A program made the translations under genes and the position numbers. Below, piece by piece: positions 52,624-61,964 of a DNA stretch of 64,000 nucleotides (its first letter is position 1; each line of letters begins with the position of its first letter). The notes below the pieces were generated by a model. It had not been told where the DNA came from. It did not search any database and saw only the letters and a list, made by a program, of their open reading frames with translations. Origin of the DNA: Sedimentisphaerales bacterium (GTDB taxonomy: Bacteria; Planctomycetota; Phycisphaerae; Sedimentisphaerales; SM23-30); the NCBI GenBank assembly GCA_963666285.1, contig OY762711.1; one strand, 5' to 3'.

Positions 52624-53709
52624 ATGAAAAAAATGATTGTATTGTTGTTGGCATTTTGTGTGTCAATTGTTTCAGCTGATACCTTTGAAGATGGTGGCAA
52701 CCGTCTTTTAGGTTTGCAAAATGATGATGGTGGCTGGGATTGGCCGCTTGATAATGGTGACCCGGCAACTGGTAGTGCAAATAACACTGCTGCTCCAATT
52801 GCGATGGGCCTTCTGGCTGCTTATGAGCAGACAGGCGATTCTGCTTATTTGGCAGGGGCTGTTGAAGCAGGTGAGTTTATCAAGGCTGTTTCTCCTCCAC
52901 ATTCAACAGGAAACGGTATTTTTATGTCAGAGTTGTCAAAGGTTACCGGTGACGCATCTTATGTTGCTGATGTAAAATCAGAGTTTTATGATGCTCTGGA
53001 AGGCGGTGTCTATGATAAAGATGGAACTGATTATGGAATTACTGGTTATGCCGACTATATCATTGGAAGAAGATCTGGTGGTTATACAGATCTCGCCGCT
53101 TGGGATATTGGTCTGGCCGCTGCCGGTGCTGTAAAAGTTGGCTGCGATCAAAGCGTATTGACTGATTGGGCAGATGCTTTGGATTCGGGTTTAGAATCTT
53201 GGGAATATGAGTATGGCTCTGCAGCTGGCTCTTCATATTATAATGTTCTTGGATTGGCTGGTGGTGTCTATGGTTTTGCTGCACTAGGTCAGGAAACGCT
53301 TGATCTAACAGGTTGTGATTTGGAAACGATTGGAATCACATCACTAACAGAACTGGCAGACCTTCTCGCTTCATATCAGACTGAAAGTGGTGGATTTTCA
53401 AAGTATTCTCAATATGTGAATTCTTTGTATGCTGGTGCTCAGGCAACATCTTATGCCATTTTGGCCCTTAGTGAAGTTGATTCTGTTAAATATGCATCAC
53501 AAATCAGCAAAGCAGCCCAGTGGCTAATGGATATCCAGCTTAGCACAGGTGGTTGGTCAGGTGCCTGGGAGGGGATTGGTAGTGAAAATAACGAAATTAC
53601 TGGTGAAGCTCTTTGGGCTACTTCAGTTGCTGTTCCTGCTCCTGGTGCTATTCTACTGGCCGGTCTTGGTACCGCATGTGTTGGTAGAATTCGTCGTAGA
53701 ATAAGATAA
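52624..53709 (+). CDS. Secreted prenyltransferase/squalene-cyclase-repeat-like protein with VPAPGA tail
   Basis: Signal peptide; QNDDGGW, QTESGGF, QLSTGGW, ATSYAILAL; same tail VPAPGAILLAGLGTACVGRIRR. Confidence 0.8.
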   Translation: MKKMIVLLLAFCVSIVSADTFEDGGNRLLGLQNDDGGWDWPLDNGDPATGSANNTAAPIAMGLLAAYEQTGDSAYLAGAVEAGEFIKAVSPPHSTGNGIFMSELSKVTGDASYVADVKSEFYDALEGGVYDKDGTDYGITGYADYIIGRRSGGYTDLAAWDIGLAAAGAVKVGCDQSVLTDWADALDSGLESWEYEYGSAAGSSYYNVLGLAGGVYGFAALGQETLDLTGCDLETIGITSLTELADLLASYQTESGGFSKYSQYVNSLYAGAQATSYAILALSEVDSVKYASQISKAAQWLMDIQLSTGGWSGAWEGIGSENNEITGEALWATSVAVPAPGAILLAGLGTACVGRIRRRIR

Positions 53710-53739
53710 GTGATTAACAGTATTTTTTTATAACCAGTT

Positions 53740-53775
53740 AAACCGGTTGTCATATTTATGGCATCCGGTTTTTTT
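53740..53775 (+). terminator. Intrinsic terminator
   Basis: AAACCGGTTGTCATA-TT-TATGGCATCCGGTTT plus T run. Confidence 0.7.
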
Positions 53776-54031
53776 ATTCGTTGTTTATTTGACTTTAACA
53801 TTAGTCTGCACTAAGATATTAATTGTAGTTCAATCTTTAAGTTTTTGTAAAATAAAGCCTTATGTCGCAAGTTTGTATTTTGGATTATTAGTTTTTTTTA
53901 TTTGAACTATGCATATCTTTTATCGTATAATCTGAATAAATAGATGTAAGCAGGTTTTAATAACTATTTGCTTATTCTAAAACAGTAAAGGCAAACCAGC
54001 GGTTTGCTCATTGGTATTAACAATAAATATA

Positions 54032-54088
54032 GTCTCCAAGCGAAGCGAGGATAAATCCAAGTGAGGCTTGGTCTCCAAGCGAAGCGAG
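54032..54088. repeat. 18-bp exact direct repeat containing GCGAAGC
   Basis: GTCTCCAAGCGAAGCGAG at 54032-54049 and 54071-54088. Confidence 0.8.
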
Positions 54089-54120
54089 TTCTAGTTCAGA
54101 CAAAGTCTGGCGAGGTTTGA

Positions 54121-55527
54121 ATGAAATACGATTATGACATTATTTGCATTGGTTTAGGTCCGGCAGGCATGGCGGTCTCTATTATGGGCAGCGAAATGGG
54201 CCTAAAGGTCTGCGCTATCGAAAAGAACAAGATCGGCGGCGAATGCATGAATTGCGGCTGTATACCCAGCAAAGCACTTCTGCGTATCGCCAAGTTCCGT
54301 CACAACCTCACCGGCTTTGCCAAAAAACGGCTAAGTGAAACGCCATTGCCGGAAGTTGGCGACATCTTCTCCAAAATTGCTGACGACCTCAAATATATCA
54401 ACGAAAAGAAAACCGTTAATATGTTCGATAAATGCGACCTCATCCTTGGCCAGGGGGCTGCAAGTTTTGTCGATGACCATACTGTCCAGGTTGGAGACCG
54501 AAAAATTACCGGCAAAAGAATCTATATTGCCGCCGGCACCAAACCGCAGATCCTGCCGATTGAGGGCATCGAAGATATAGACTATCTTACCAACGAAAAT
54601 GTTTTCAAACTTGAAAAGGTATCCCAAAGCATGATCGTTTGCGGTGGTGGGGCGATAGCCTGCGAAATGGCACAGGGCTACCAGCGGCTGGGCACCCAGG
54701 TTACCATGATCCAGCGTTCCGGTCATATCCTAAGCAAAAATGACCCGCAGGCCGCCGAACTGCTCGAAGAAGCTCTACGCCGCGAAGGTGTAAACCTCAT
54801 TACCGGCGATACTGTCAAATCCGCCCGCACAACCGCAATCGGCGTAGAGATAACAACCAGCAATGGCAAAATTTTCGAAGCCGAAAAGATACTGCTCGCT
54901 TCCGGTCGGGCAATGAACTTCGACAGCTTCAACCTCGAAGCCGCAGGTGTTGCCTATACCAAAAGGGGGATTACTGTCGACAAATACCTGCGTACCAGCA
55001 AAAAACACATCTATGCCGTCGGTGATTGTAACGGCTATCACTTGTTCAGCCATGCTGCCATGCACCAGGGCATGATCGCTCTTATGAATTCCATGATGCC
55101 TGGCCCGATGAAGATGAAGTTCCAGAAATTCGTTGTCCCCGCAACGATCTTTACCGAGCCGCAGATTTCGCAGGTTGGCCTGACCGAGCCTGAACTCAAG
55201 GAAAATGGTATCAAATATGAAACTCATATCGTTCGATATGATGGCTATGGCGCCGCTATCGCCGAAGATGTAGACGAAGGCTATGTCAAGGTATTCTGCA
55301 GCTCAACCGGCCGTATCTACGGCGTTGTCATCGTCGGAGAAGGCTCCGGCGAAATGATTAACGAATGGGCACTCGCCATCCAGTACAAGATTCGCATGCA
55401 CAAGGTCATGATGCTCCAGCATTCATTCCCAACCATGGGCTTCCTCAGTAAACGCGTCACCGAAGTATGGATGATGTCTAAAATGGGTTCCAGATTCATC
55501 CAGAAAATGTGCAAAAAAATGTTCTAG
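54121..55527 (+). CDS. Pyridine nucleotide-disulfide oxidoreductase (Lpd/MerA-like)
   Basis: GLGPAG, GGECMNCGCIPSK, GGGAIACE, IYAVGDC, FTEPQISQVG. Confidence 0.9.
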   Translation: MKYDYDIICIGLGPAGMAVSIMGSEMGLKVCAIEKNKIGGECMNCGCIPSKALLRIAKFRHNLTGFAKKRLSETPLPEVGDIFSKIADDLKYINEKKTVNMFDKCDLILGQGAASFVDDHTVQVGDRKITGKRIYIAAGTKPQILPIEGIEDIDYLTNENVFKLEKVSQSMIVCGGGAIACEMAQGYQRLGTQVTMIQRSGHILSKNDPQAAELLEEALRREGVNLITGDTVKSARTTAIGVEITTSNGKIFEAEKILLASGRAMNFDSFNLEAAGVAYTKRGITVDKYLRTSKKHIYAVGDCNGYHLFSHAAMHQGMIALMNSMMPGPMKMKFQKFVVPATIFTEPQISQVGLTEPELKENGIKYETHIVRYDGYGAAIAEDVDEGYVKVFCSSTGRIYGVVIVGEGSGEMINEWALAIQYKIRMHKVMMLQHSFPTMGFLSKRVTEVWMMSKMGSRFIQKMCKKMF

Positions 55528-55626
55528 ACTGGCAAAGCAAATAGTAGGCGGGCATATTTCGATAAATTGTTTGCGAACTGCCCGCCCGGATATTGTTTGC
55601 ACAATCCAAATATGCTATACCCTTTA

Positions 55627-55762
55627 CAATTGAAATTGTCCGTTAGAGCGTGGTTTAAGTGTTTACAAGTTAAACACTTAATTTCCGAGCGACCGGGCAA
55701 AATCATATGCGAGGCGTATATAATACCCTTTGATTAGTTCAGACTGGTCAAAGGGTATTTTT
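55627..55762 (+). ncRNA. Candidate stand-alone small RNA
   Basis: Upstream TTGTTT-17-TATACC with extended TG; long internal hairpin; strong terminator 55722-55762; no substantial ORF on +. Confidence 0.4.
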
Positions 55763-55771
55763 ATATAGTTG

Positions 55772-55800
55772 TTGATTCTCGATATTGTGGCCCATAAAAT
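55772..55800 (+). promoter_or_regulatory. Putative sigma70 promoter
   Basis: TTGATT-17 nt-TAAAAT. Confidence 0.5.
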
Positions 55801-55878
55801 AGAGCGTAGGTTTTCTACTGAATGATGCTTGTTTTATTTGCAACTTTAATTCTGAAATAAATAATTGGTGTTAATGAT

Positions 55879-57697
55879 ATGTCAAAGGGAAATAAAATTA
55901 TAATTGGAATTGCTGTTGTTGTAGTTTGTTTTATTATAGCAGATTATTTTGGGTTTATTGGTTATGTTCACAAGGACGGACTAAAGCCGCTGCCGTTTAA
56001 TTTCAAGGTTTGCGATGACCAATGTGATGAATTGCTCACTGATATTAATATTGAGCAAATATTTGATAGCGGTTATTGCCATGATCTGAGATTCATTTCC
56101 GATGGCAATAACATATTTACCGGATATGTGCATGTTGGCTGGGGTGGTACTCAGACATTATTTTTCAATAAATGTAAAACCGTTCCACTTGCTGGCAAAG
56201 AGTTTTGCTTTAGATTTAGCAGTCCGGGATACAAATCTATAATAAAGAACATTGTTTATGAACAACTGAATAAGGGGAATATTATATATCTATCCAGGTT
56301 GGATGAAACCCAGCCCGTTGCTCTTACTGATATCGATGTTCCTGTGGATTCACCGAAGATTGTTCCTGACGAGGCCTATTATGATATTGATTTTTCGGGT
56401 TCCGGGTATATTATCGGGCAGCCTGTACCAAATGATAGATTTTCAACAAGTATCTGCTTTGAGAATTGGGGGCCTGTTTTGGTCTGGCAAAAGTTCGGTC
56501 CTATGACAGATAAGCCCATCGTATTGAATTCATGTAGAACTGGTACCCCCCAGTCAGTATCCGTATCCGCAGATCTATAGAGAAATTCAACTTGATATGC
56601 AAGATGCTGATGGCGATATTTTTATCTCTTTTGATCTATTGCCTGTCGACCTGGCCGACAGCAGCAACAGCTTCCTATTGAGATTACCTTGCCCGTGGCT
56701 TAATGATTTTATAACTATAAAAGATGGCTATATCAATATACGTAATAAGAAAAAGATCAAATATTCTGATTGCCGGATAATCCATTTTGATATTCTTCTA
56801 AATATCGATACCGGTGATTTTACCGTCTGTATTGACGGTTATTGTCAGTGTAAAAGTAGTATCAAATCCAAAAAACTCAGGCTTATTTCATTTTCTCTTT
56901 GCCGTCATGATAAATCTTCTGAACCTGACAGCAAAACTCATATAGGGCTCGATAATATTTATGTAGCCGCCAAAGCCCCGCCTGATTTCAGGATTATCGA
57001 AATGCCAGGCGACGATTTTATCCCATCTGAAATATTGACGCCTGCACCGGTCCCCGGCATATTTTACAATCTTGATTTTTCTAATTGTAACCAGGCTGAT
57101 GATTCTATTACTGGTTTGGGCAATTCGTCTGATCCTATCCGAATTATCTCCGGCCGTCCTGAAATTGTCAAACAGGACATTGCTGATCATCAGGAAAAAT
57201 CCGGCTTGGCCCTAAAGTTTAATACAAAAGGAAATACCGGCCCATTTTTCTCGGAAACTGTCCGGCTTGACCTGCCCCGTAAGTCAGAATTCTACTTCAT
57301 TTCATTTGATATCCGCACACATGAAATGAAAGATAGTGCAAATGAATTTTCCGTTTTATTCAATATGACAGAACTTTACGCTCTCTCTTTATGTAATAGT
57401 GGTTTTATGGATATCTTAAAGCATGAGTCGATAGATTACCAGGATGACAGGAACATGCATTTTGATATTATGCTTGATGTGCAAGATAGAACTTTTACTT
57501 TATTTCTGGATAATATCCTGCTGACCAGGGGGGGCGTTACCGGCGGGGATCTGAATTCAATACAATTCAAGCTGGCTTCCGGCTCCGGTTTGGATAACTA
57601 TGATGACAGTTCCGTCTTTTTAGATAATATATATATTTCTGATACTGTCCCGTATGAATTCTATTACAGGGTAGAGCCGTACAAAGATTATCGTTAG
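55879..57697 (+). pseudogene. Membrane-anchored protein with two repeated beta-rich domains, split by a frameshift (ORFs 55879-56580 and 56597-57697)
   Basis: Removing one C from CCCCCC (56546-56551) joins the ORFs in frame; repeat motifs YYDIDFS/FYNLDFS, FISFDL/FISFDI, HFDIL/HFDIM, LDNIYV/LDNIYI. Confidence 0.7.
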
Positions 57698-57838
57698 CGT
57701 TTTGCTTCCGCTTGGCAAGCCTTTGTAGTTGAAATGATTCTGCTAGCTTACGGCCAGATGATCAAAGTATAGCCTCTCGCTATCCGGTACAGGACCCGCA
57801 TACGTAAGTTTTTTTTATGGATGAATTTCTGTTTGATT

Positions 57839-57869
57839 AAAAAAACAGCCGCCCATCTCTGAGCGGCCG
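57839..57869 (-). terminator. Intrinsic terminator of deaD
   Basis: Minus strand CGGCCGCTCA-GAGA-TGGGCGGCTG followed by TTTTTTT. Confidence 0.75.
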
Positions 57870-57975
57870 GTAGGATTATCTAAATATAACAAATTCAAAA
57901 AGGTTCTACTTCTGCGTTAGCTTTTAAAACAACGTTGCGAAGCAACAACCGCAACTCTTCGCTCTTCGTTTTTCA

Positions 57976-59769
57976 CTATTTAAAGCTGTCTTTCCTCACT
58001 CGTCTTCCGCCTTTATTTCCACCCTTACGGGCACCTTTAGGCTTTGCTGGTTTGCCCGCCCGTCTGTGTTTCGGCTTAGCTTTCATTGTTGCATCTTTCT
58101 TTCGCGGCTTAAAGAACGACTTATCCAACCTGGTAGTATTCAGCTTCTGCCCATCCAACTCAACTTCTTTCAGATGGTTCAATATCTCTTTCGGCATACC
58201 CTCAGGCAGCTCAACGCAGCTGTACATTTCCATAATCGATATCCGACCGATATGCTCTCGATCCAGCACGCCGACCTCTTCGTCTGATAATATATCCATT
58301 ATAATACCCGGGTTCACCTTATGTCGGCGGCCAATCTCGATGATGAAGTATTCCATTCCCTTGGCCGGTTTGCGAACCTTAAGTTCACCGTATTTACCGC
58401 TGGTATCATAACCCTGCGCCTCTAATTTTGCCTTGTCAGGTGTCTTTAACAGCAGTGGTTTTTTCTTGTGCATCATTTTAGCCAGTGCCGCTGCAACCTC
58501 TATCGCTGGGATATTGTGTTCTGTGCAATAGCTCTGCAATAGCTCGGTAAAGATCCCCATATCGTTCGCTGCAATTGTATCTGTGATCTTCTGCTTGAAC
58601 TTTGCCACCCGTTTGTCGTTTACCATCTCGGTCGTCGGCAGATCCATCATCTCGATTTTCTGCTTTGTCGCTCTTTCGATAATGTCCAGCATCCGCCTTT
58701 CACGCGGTGCTACAAACAATATCGCTTCTCCCTTTCTGCCTGCTCGACCTGTTCGGCCAACACGGTGGATATATGATTCCGCATCATACGGAATATCGTA
58801 ATTCACCACATGGCTTATCCGGTCAACGTCCAGCCCGCGTGCCGCCACATCAGTTGCTATCAATATATCAACTCTACCGGCTTTCAGCCAGCCTATCATC
58901 TGCTCTCGGCTGCTCTGGCTCATATCTCCATTAATCGCACCGCAGCTGAAACCGCGTGCATGCAGCTTCTCGTTTAGCAGTACCGTCTCGCTCTTGGTAC
59001 GCACAAAGATTATCATTCCGTCGATATCTTCAACCTCGAGTATCCGTGTCAATGCGTCCAGTTTATGCAGTCCGCTTACCGGCCAGTATCTCTGGCGGAT
59101 ATTATCAGCTGTAATATTTTTTGCTTTGATTGTTATCTCGACCGGCTCGTTCAGATGTTCCTGTGCAATAGCTCGGATCGGTTTCGGCATCGTCGCCGAA
59201 AATAATGCTGTCTGCCTGTCTTCCGGCGTCTGTTCCAGTATCCACTGAACATCCTCGATGAAGCCCATCTTCAGCATCTCATCAGCTTCGTCCAGTACTA
59301 GGTACTGGATATCGTCCAGGATAAGTGTCCCTTTTCTCATATGGTCCATAACACGTCCCGGTGTGCCAACCACAACATTTACACCCCGCTTGAGCAGCTT
59401 GATCTGCTTGCCGTACTCCTGCCCGCCGTAGATCGGTGCTATTGTAAATTTCTTCATTCCGCTGGCGTACGTCTGAAACGCCTCTGCCACCTGGATCGCC
59501 AGTTCGCGGGTGGGTGTCAGGATAATAGCCTGTGGGTATTTGGCGTTTACGTCAATTCTTGACAATATCGGTAATGCAAATGCTGCTGTCTTGCCGGTTC
59601 CTGTCTGGGCCTGGCCCACCAGGTCTTTGCCTTCCATCAGCGGCGGTATCGTTAATGCCTGGATTTTGGTTGGTGTCTCATAGCCGCATTCGTTAAGGGA
59701 TTTTAATACAGATTTGGTTAGATTGAGGTCGTCGAATGTTACTTCGGGTGCGGTTTTTTCGCTTGTCAT
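57976..59769 (-). CDS. deaD: ATP-dependent DEAD-box RNA helicase DeaD/CsdA
   Basis: AQTGTGKT, PTRELA, TPGR, DEAD, FSAT, ARGLD, HRVGRTGRAG; DbpA-like domain and basic tail. Confidence 0.93.
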   Translation of the reverse strand: MTSEKTAPEVTFDDLNLTKSVLKSLNECGYETPTKIQALTIPPLMEGKDLVGQAQTGTGKTAAFALPILSRIDVNAKYPQAIILTPTRELAIQVAEAFQTYASGMKKFTIAPIYGGQEYGKQIKLLKRGVNVVVGTPGRVMDHMRKGTLILDDIQYLVLDEADEMLKMGFIEDVQWILEQTPEDRQTALFSATMPKPIRAIAQEHLNEPVEITIKAKNITADNIRQRYWPVSGLHKLDALTRILEVEDIDGMIIFVRTKSETVLLNEKLHARGFSCGAINGDMSQSSREQMIGWLKAGRVDILIATDVAARGLDVDRISHVVNYDIPYDAESYIHRVGRTGRAGRKGEAILFVAPRERRMLDIIERATKQKIEMMDLPTTEMVNDKRVAKFKQKITDTIAANDMGIFTELLQSYCTEHNIPAIEVAAALAKMMHKKKPLLLKTPDKAKLEAQGYDTSGKYGELKVRKPAKGMEYFIIEIGRRHKVNPGIIMDILSDEEVGVLDREHIGRISIMEMYSCVELPEGMPKEILNHLKEVELDGQKLNTTRLDKSFFKPRKKDATMKAKPKHRRAGKPAKPKGARKGGNKGGRRVRKDSFK

Positions 59770-59797
59770 TAATTCTCCGGGTTTTTGGTCTTAGAGC

Positions 59798-59889
59798 CTT
59801 ATTGCTCATATCAGGTGTGTTAACTTTAGGCGGGGAGGCAGTAAAAAAGTTCTGAGCGTAAGCGAACACGTTAGCTTATTGCTCATATC
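59798..59889. repeat. 15-bp exact direct repeat upstream of deaD
   Basis: CTTATTGCTCATATC at 59798-59812 and 59875-59889. Confidence 0.75.
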
Positions 59890-60154
59890 TTGTCACTTTT
59901 TACTGTAACCGTGTAAACGGTTATCTTATTTGGGGTTAAGTGTCAAGTCTTTGAGCTGCTTTGCCTAAAGATGCCGACAGAGTGTCTTATCTGCCGGATT
60001 ACCTGATACCTTACCCGGTTTGTCCAATCGGCATAACTATTACGCCATTGGATATTTATTCCCCATTCGAACGAAGCATTATACATTATTTATCCGGGAA
60101 TTGATAGAGAATTATTATTTTTGCTTTATCTGAAAATATTTTTGGAAAATCATT

Positions 60155-60183
60155 TTGACAACCTGGCAACAAAGATATAACAT
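60155..60183 (+). promoter_or_regulatory. Putative sigma70 promoter of sulP
   Basis: TTGACA-17 nt-TAACAT. Confidence 0.55.
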
Positions 60184-60222
60184 TCAGACTTATTTTTGTT
60201 GAGACTAGAAAGGTAGAAATAC

Positions 60223-61893
60223 ATGTTAACTCCAAAGCTCTTTACTGAGTTGCGTCAATATTCTTTTGCAAAGGGGACTGCCGATTTACTGGCCGGTATG
60301 ACTGTAGGGGTTGTAGCACTTCCGTTAGCTATGGCTTTTGCTATCGCCAGCGGGGTAGGGCCCGAACGCGGGCTATTTACCGCTATTGTTGGTGGTTTTA
60401 TTATTTCCCTTCTGGGCGGCAGCAAAGTACAGATAGGCGGCCCGACCGGGGCGTTTGTCGTTTTAGTTTACTCGATTATGGAGCAGTTTGGCTATGAAGC
60501 CCTTACTGTATGTATACTTATCGCAGGCATAATCCTTGTTCTCTTTGGTATTTTCCGGATGGGCGGTATGATCAAATTCATTCCCTTTCCGGTTATTACC
60601 GGCTTTACTTCCGGCATAGCGGTCGTTATCTTTTCCACCCAGATACGCGACCTGTTTGGGCTTTCCATGGAAACCGTTCCCGCTGATTTTATTAGTAAAT
60701 GGCGTGCGTATGTTATTGCCGCCGGCTCGGTTAACTATCATGCCGCCGGTCTTGGCATCGGATCTATCTTGTTCATTGTTATACTCAAACGCTTATCACC
60801 CAAGCTGCCGGGCATGCTTATCGCTATGATACTTGCTGCCGTTGTTTGCTCTGCATTTAATATGCCCGTCGAAACCATTTCCAGCAGATTTGGCCAGCTT
60901 CCGGCTATGCTGCCCAAACCGGCCGCTCCGCATTGCAGCTGGAGCCAGCTGCCTCAACTCTTTCAGCCGGCCTTTACTATTGCTCTGCTGGCCGCTATCG
61001 AATCGCTGCTCTCGGCAACTGTTGCTGATGGTATGATCAGTGGTCGCCATCGCTCTAATGCCGAACTTATGGCACAGGGGGTAGCTAATATCTTCTGCAG
61101 TGTTTTCGGCGGCATACCGGCGACCGGCGCCATCGCCAGGACCGCTACCAATGTCAAAAGTGGTGCCAAAACCCCGGTTGCCGGCATGGTCCATGCTGTT
61201 ACCCTGGCTCTTTTGCTCCTGTTTTTTGGTCGTTATGCCGGTACCATCCCGCTGGCTGCTCTGGCGGGCATACTTGTTGTTGTCTGTTATAATATGTGTG
61301 AGGCTCATCATTTCAAAACAATATTAAAAGGGCCTGCCAGCGATGCTCTGGTATTGCTGCTTACTTTTGCCCTTACTATACTCATCGACCTCACCGTTGC
61401 TGTCGAGGTGGGTGTTGTATTCTCTGCCCTTATCTTCGTCCGGCGTATGGCCGATCTGAGCAATGTAGGAGTAATCACCCGTGAGTTTGGCAGCGATGAT
61501 GATATAGATAAACAGGTCAAGACAGGTGCACCAATAGAAGTGCCTGCCGGTATAGAAATCTTCGAAGTTAACGGACCGTTTTTCTTCGGTATGATCGATG
61601 TATTCCGCAACGCTACCAGGGACTATCGATCCAGTGTTGCCCCGATTATGGTTGTTCGTATCAGAAATGTGCCGCTTATTGACGCAACCGGCATTCATGT
61701 CCTTCGCGAGCTCAATAATCGCTGCAACAAAGAAGGTACTACCCTCGTCCTCTCCGGAGTTGGCATGATACCGTATCAGGCCTTGAAGCAAAGTGGGCTG
61801 CTCGAAGAAATAGGTCCGCAAAACGTCTGCCAGAGCATTGAACTGGCAATAGAACGTGTCGATGAGCTTCTGGGCGAAAACAAAAATGAATAA
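60223..61893 (+). CDS. sulP: SulP/SLC26 family anion permease with STAS domain
   Basis: DLLAGMTVGVVALPLAMAFAIASG, QIGGPTGAF, IPATGAIARTATN, GPFFFG, IDATG. Confidence 0.93.
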   Translation: MLTPKLFTELRQYSFAKGTADLLAGMTVGVVALPLAMAFAIASGVGPERGLFTAIVGGFIISLLGGSKVQIGGPTGAFVVLVYSIMEQFGYEALTVCILIAGIILVLFGIFRMGGMIKFIPFPVITGFTSGIAVVIFSTQIRDLFGLSMETVPADFISKWRAYVIAAGSVNYHAAGLGIGSILFIVILKRLSPKLPGMLIAMILAAVVCSAFNMPVETISSRFGQLPAMLPKPAAPHCSWSQLPQLFQPAFTIALLAAIESLLSATVADGMISGRHRSNAELMAQGVANIFCSVFGGIPATGAIARTATNVKSGAKTPVAGMVHAVTLALLLLFFGRYAGTIPLAALAGILVVVCYNMCEAHHFKTILKGPASDALVLLLTFALTILIDLTVAVEVGVVFSALIFVRRMADLSNVGVITREFGSDDDIDKQVKTGAPIEVPAGIEIFEVNGPFFFGMIDVFRNATRDYRSSVAPIMVVRIRNVPLIDATGIHVLRELNNRCNKEGTTLVLSGVGMIPYQALKQSGLLEEIGPQNVCQSIELAIERVDELLGENKNE

Positions 61894-61964
61894 GCAAATA
61901 ATGGTTGTTATGCATGTCCCGATGCATATCCCGGCTGCTTATAAAAATTTTACGTTTCCAAAAC

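Noticed and set aside
53985..54010. AAGGCAAACC resembling the start of a c-di-GMP-I riboswitch
   Set aside because: No GAAA tetraloop stem or GCAAAG/P3; it is only a short GCAAACC/GGTTTGC hairpin
54032..54088. Direct repeats as a mini CRISPR array
   Set aside because: Only two 18-bp copies with a 21-bp spacer, and no cas genes
57700..57820. Resemblance to raiA-motif RNA (TTTGTAGTTGAAA...ACGTAAGT) or an HDV-like ribozyme loop
   Set aside because: The remaining conserved elements and required pairings are missing
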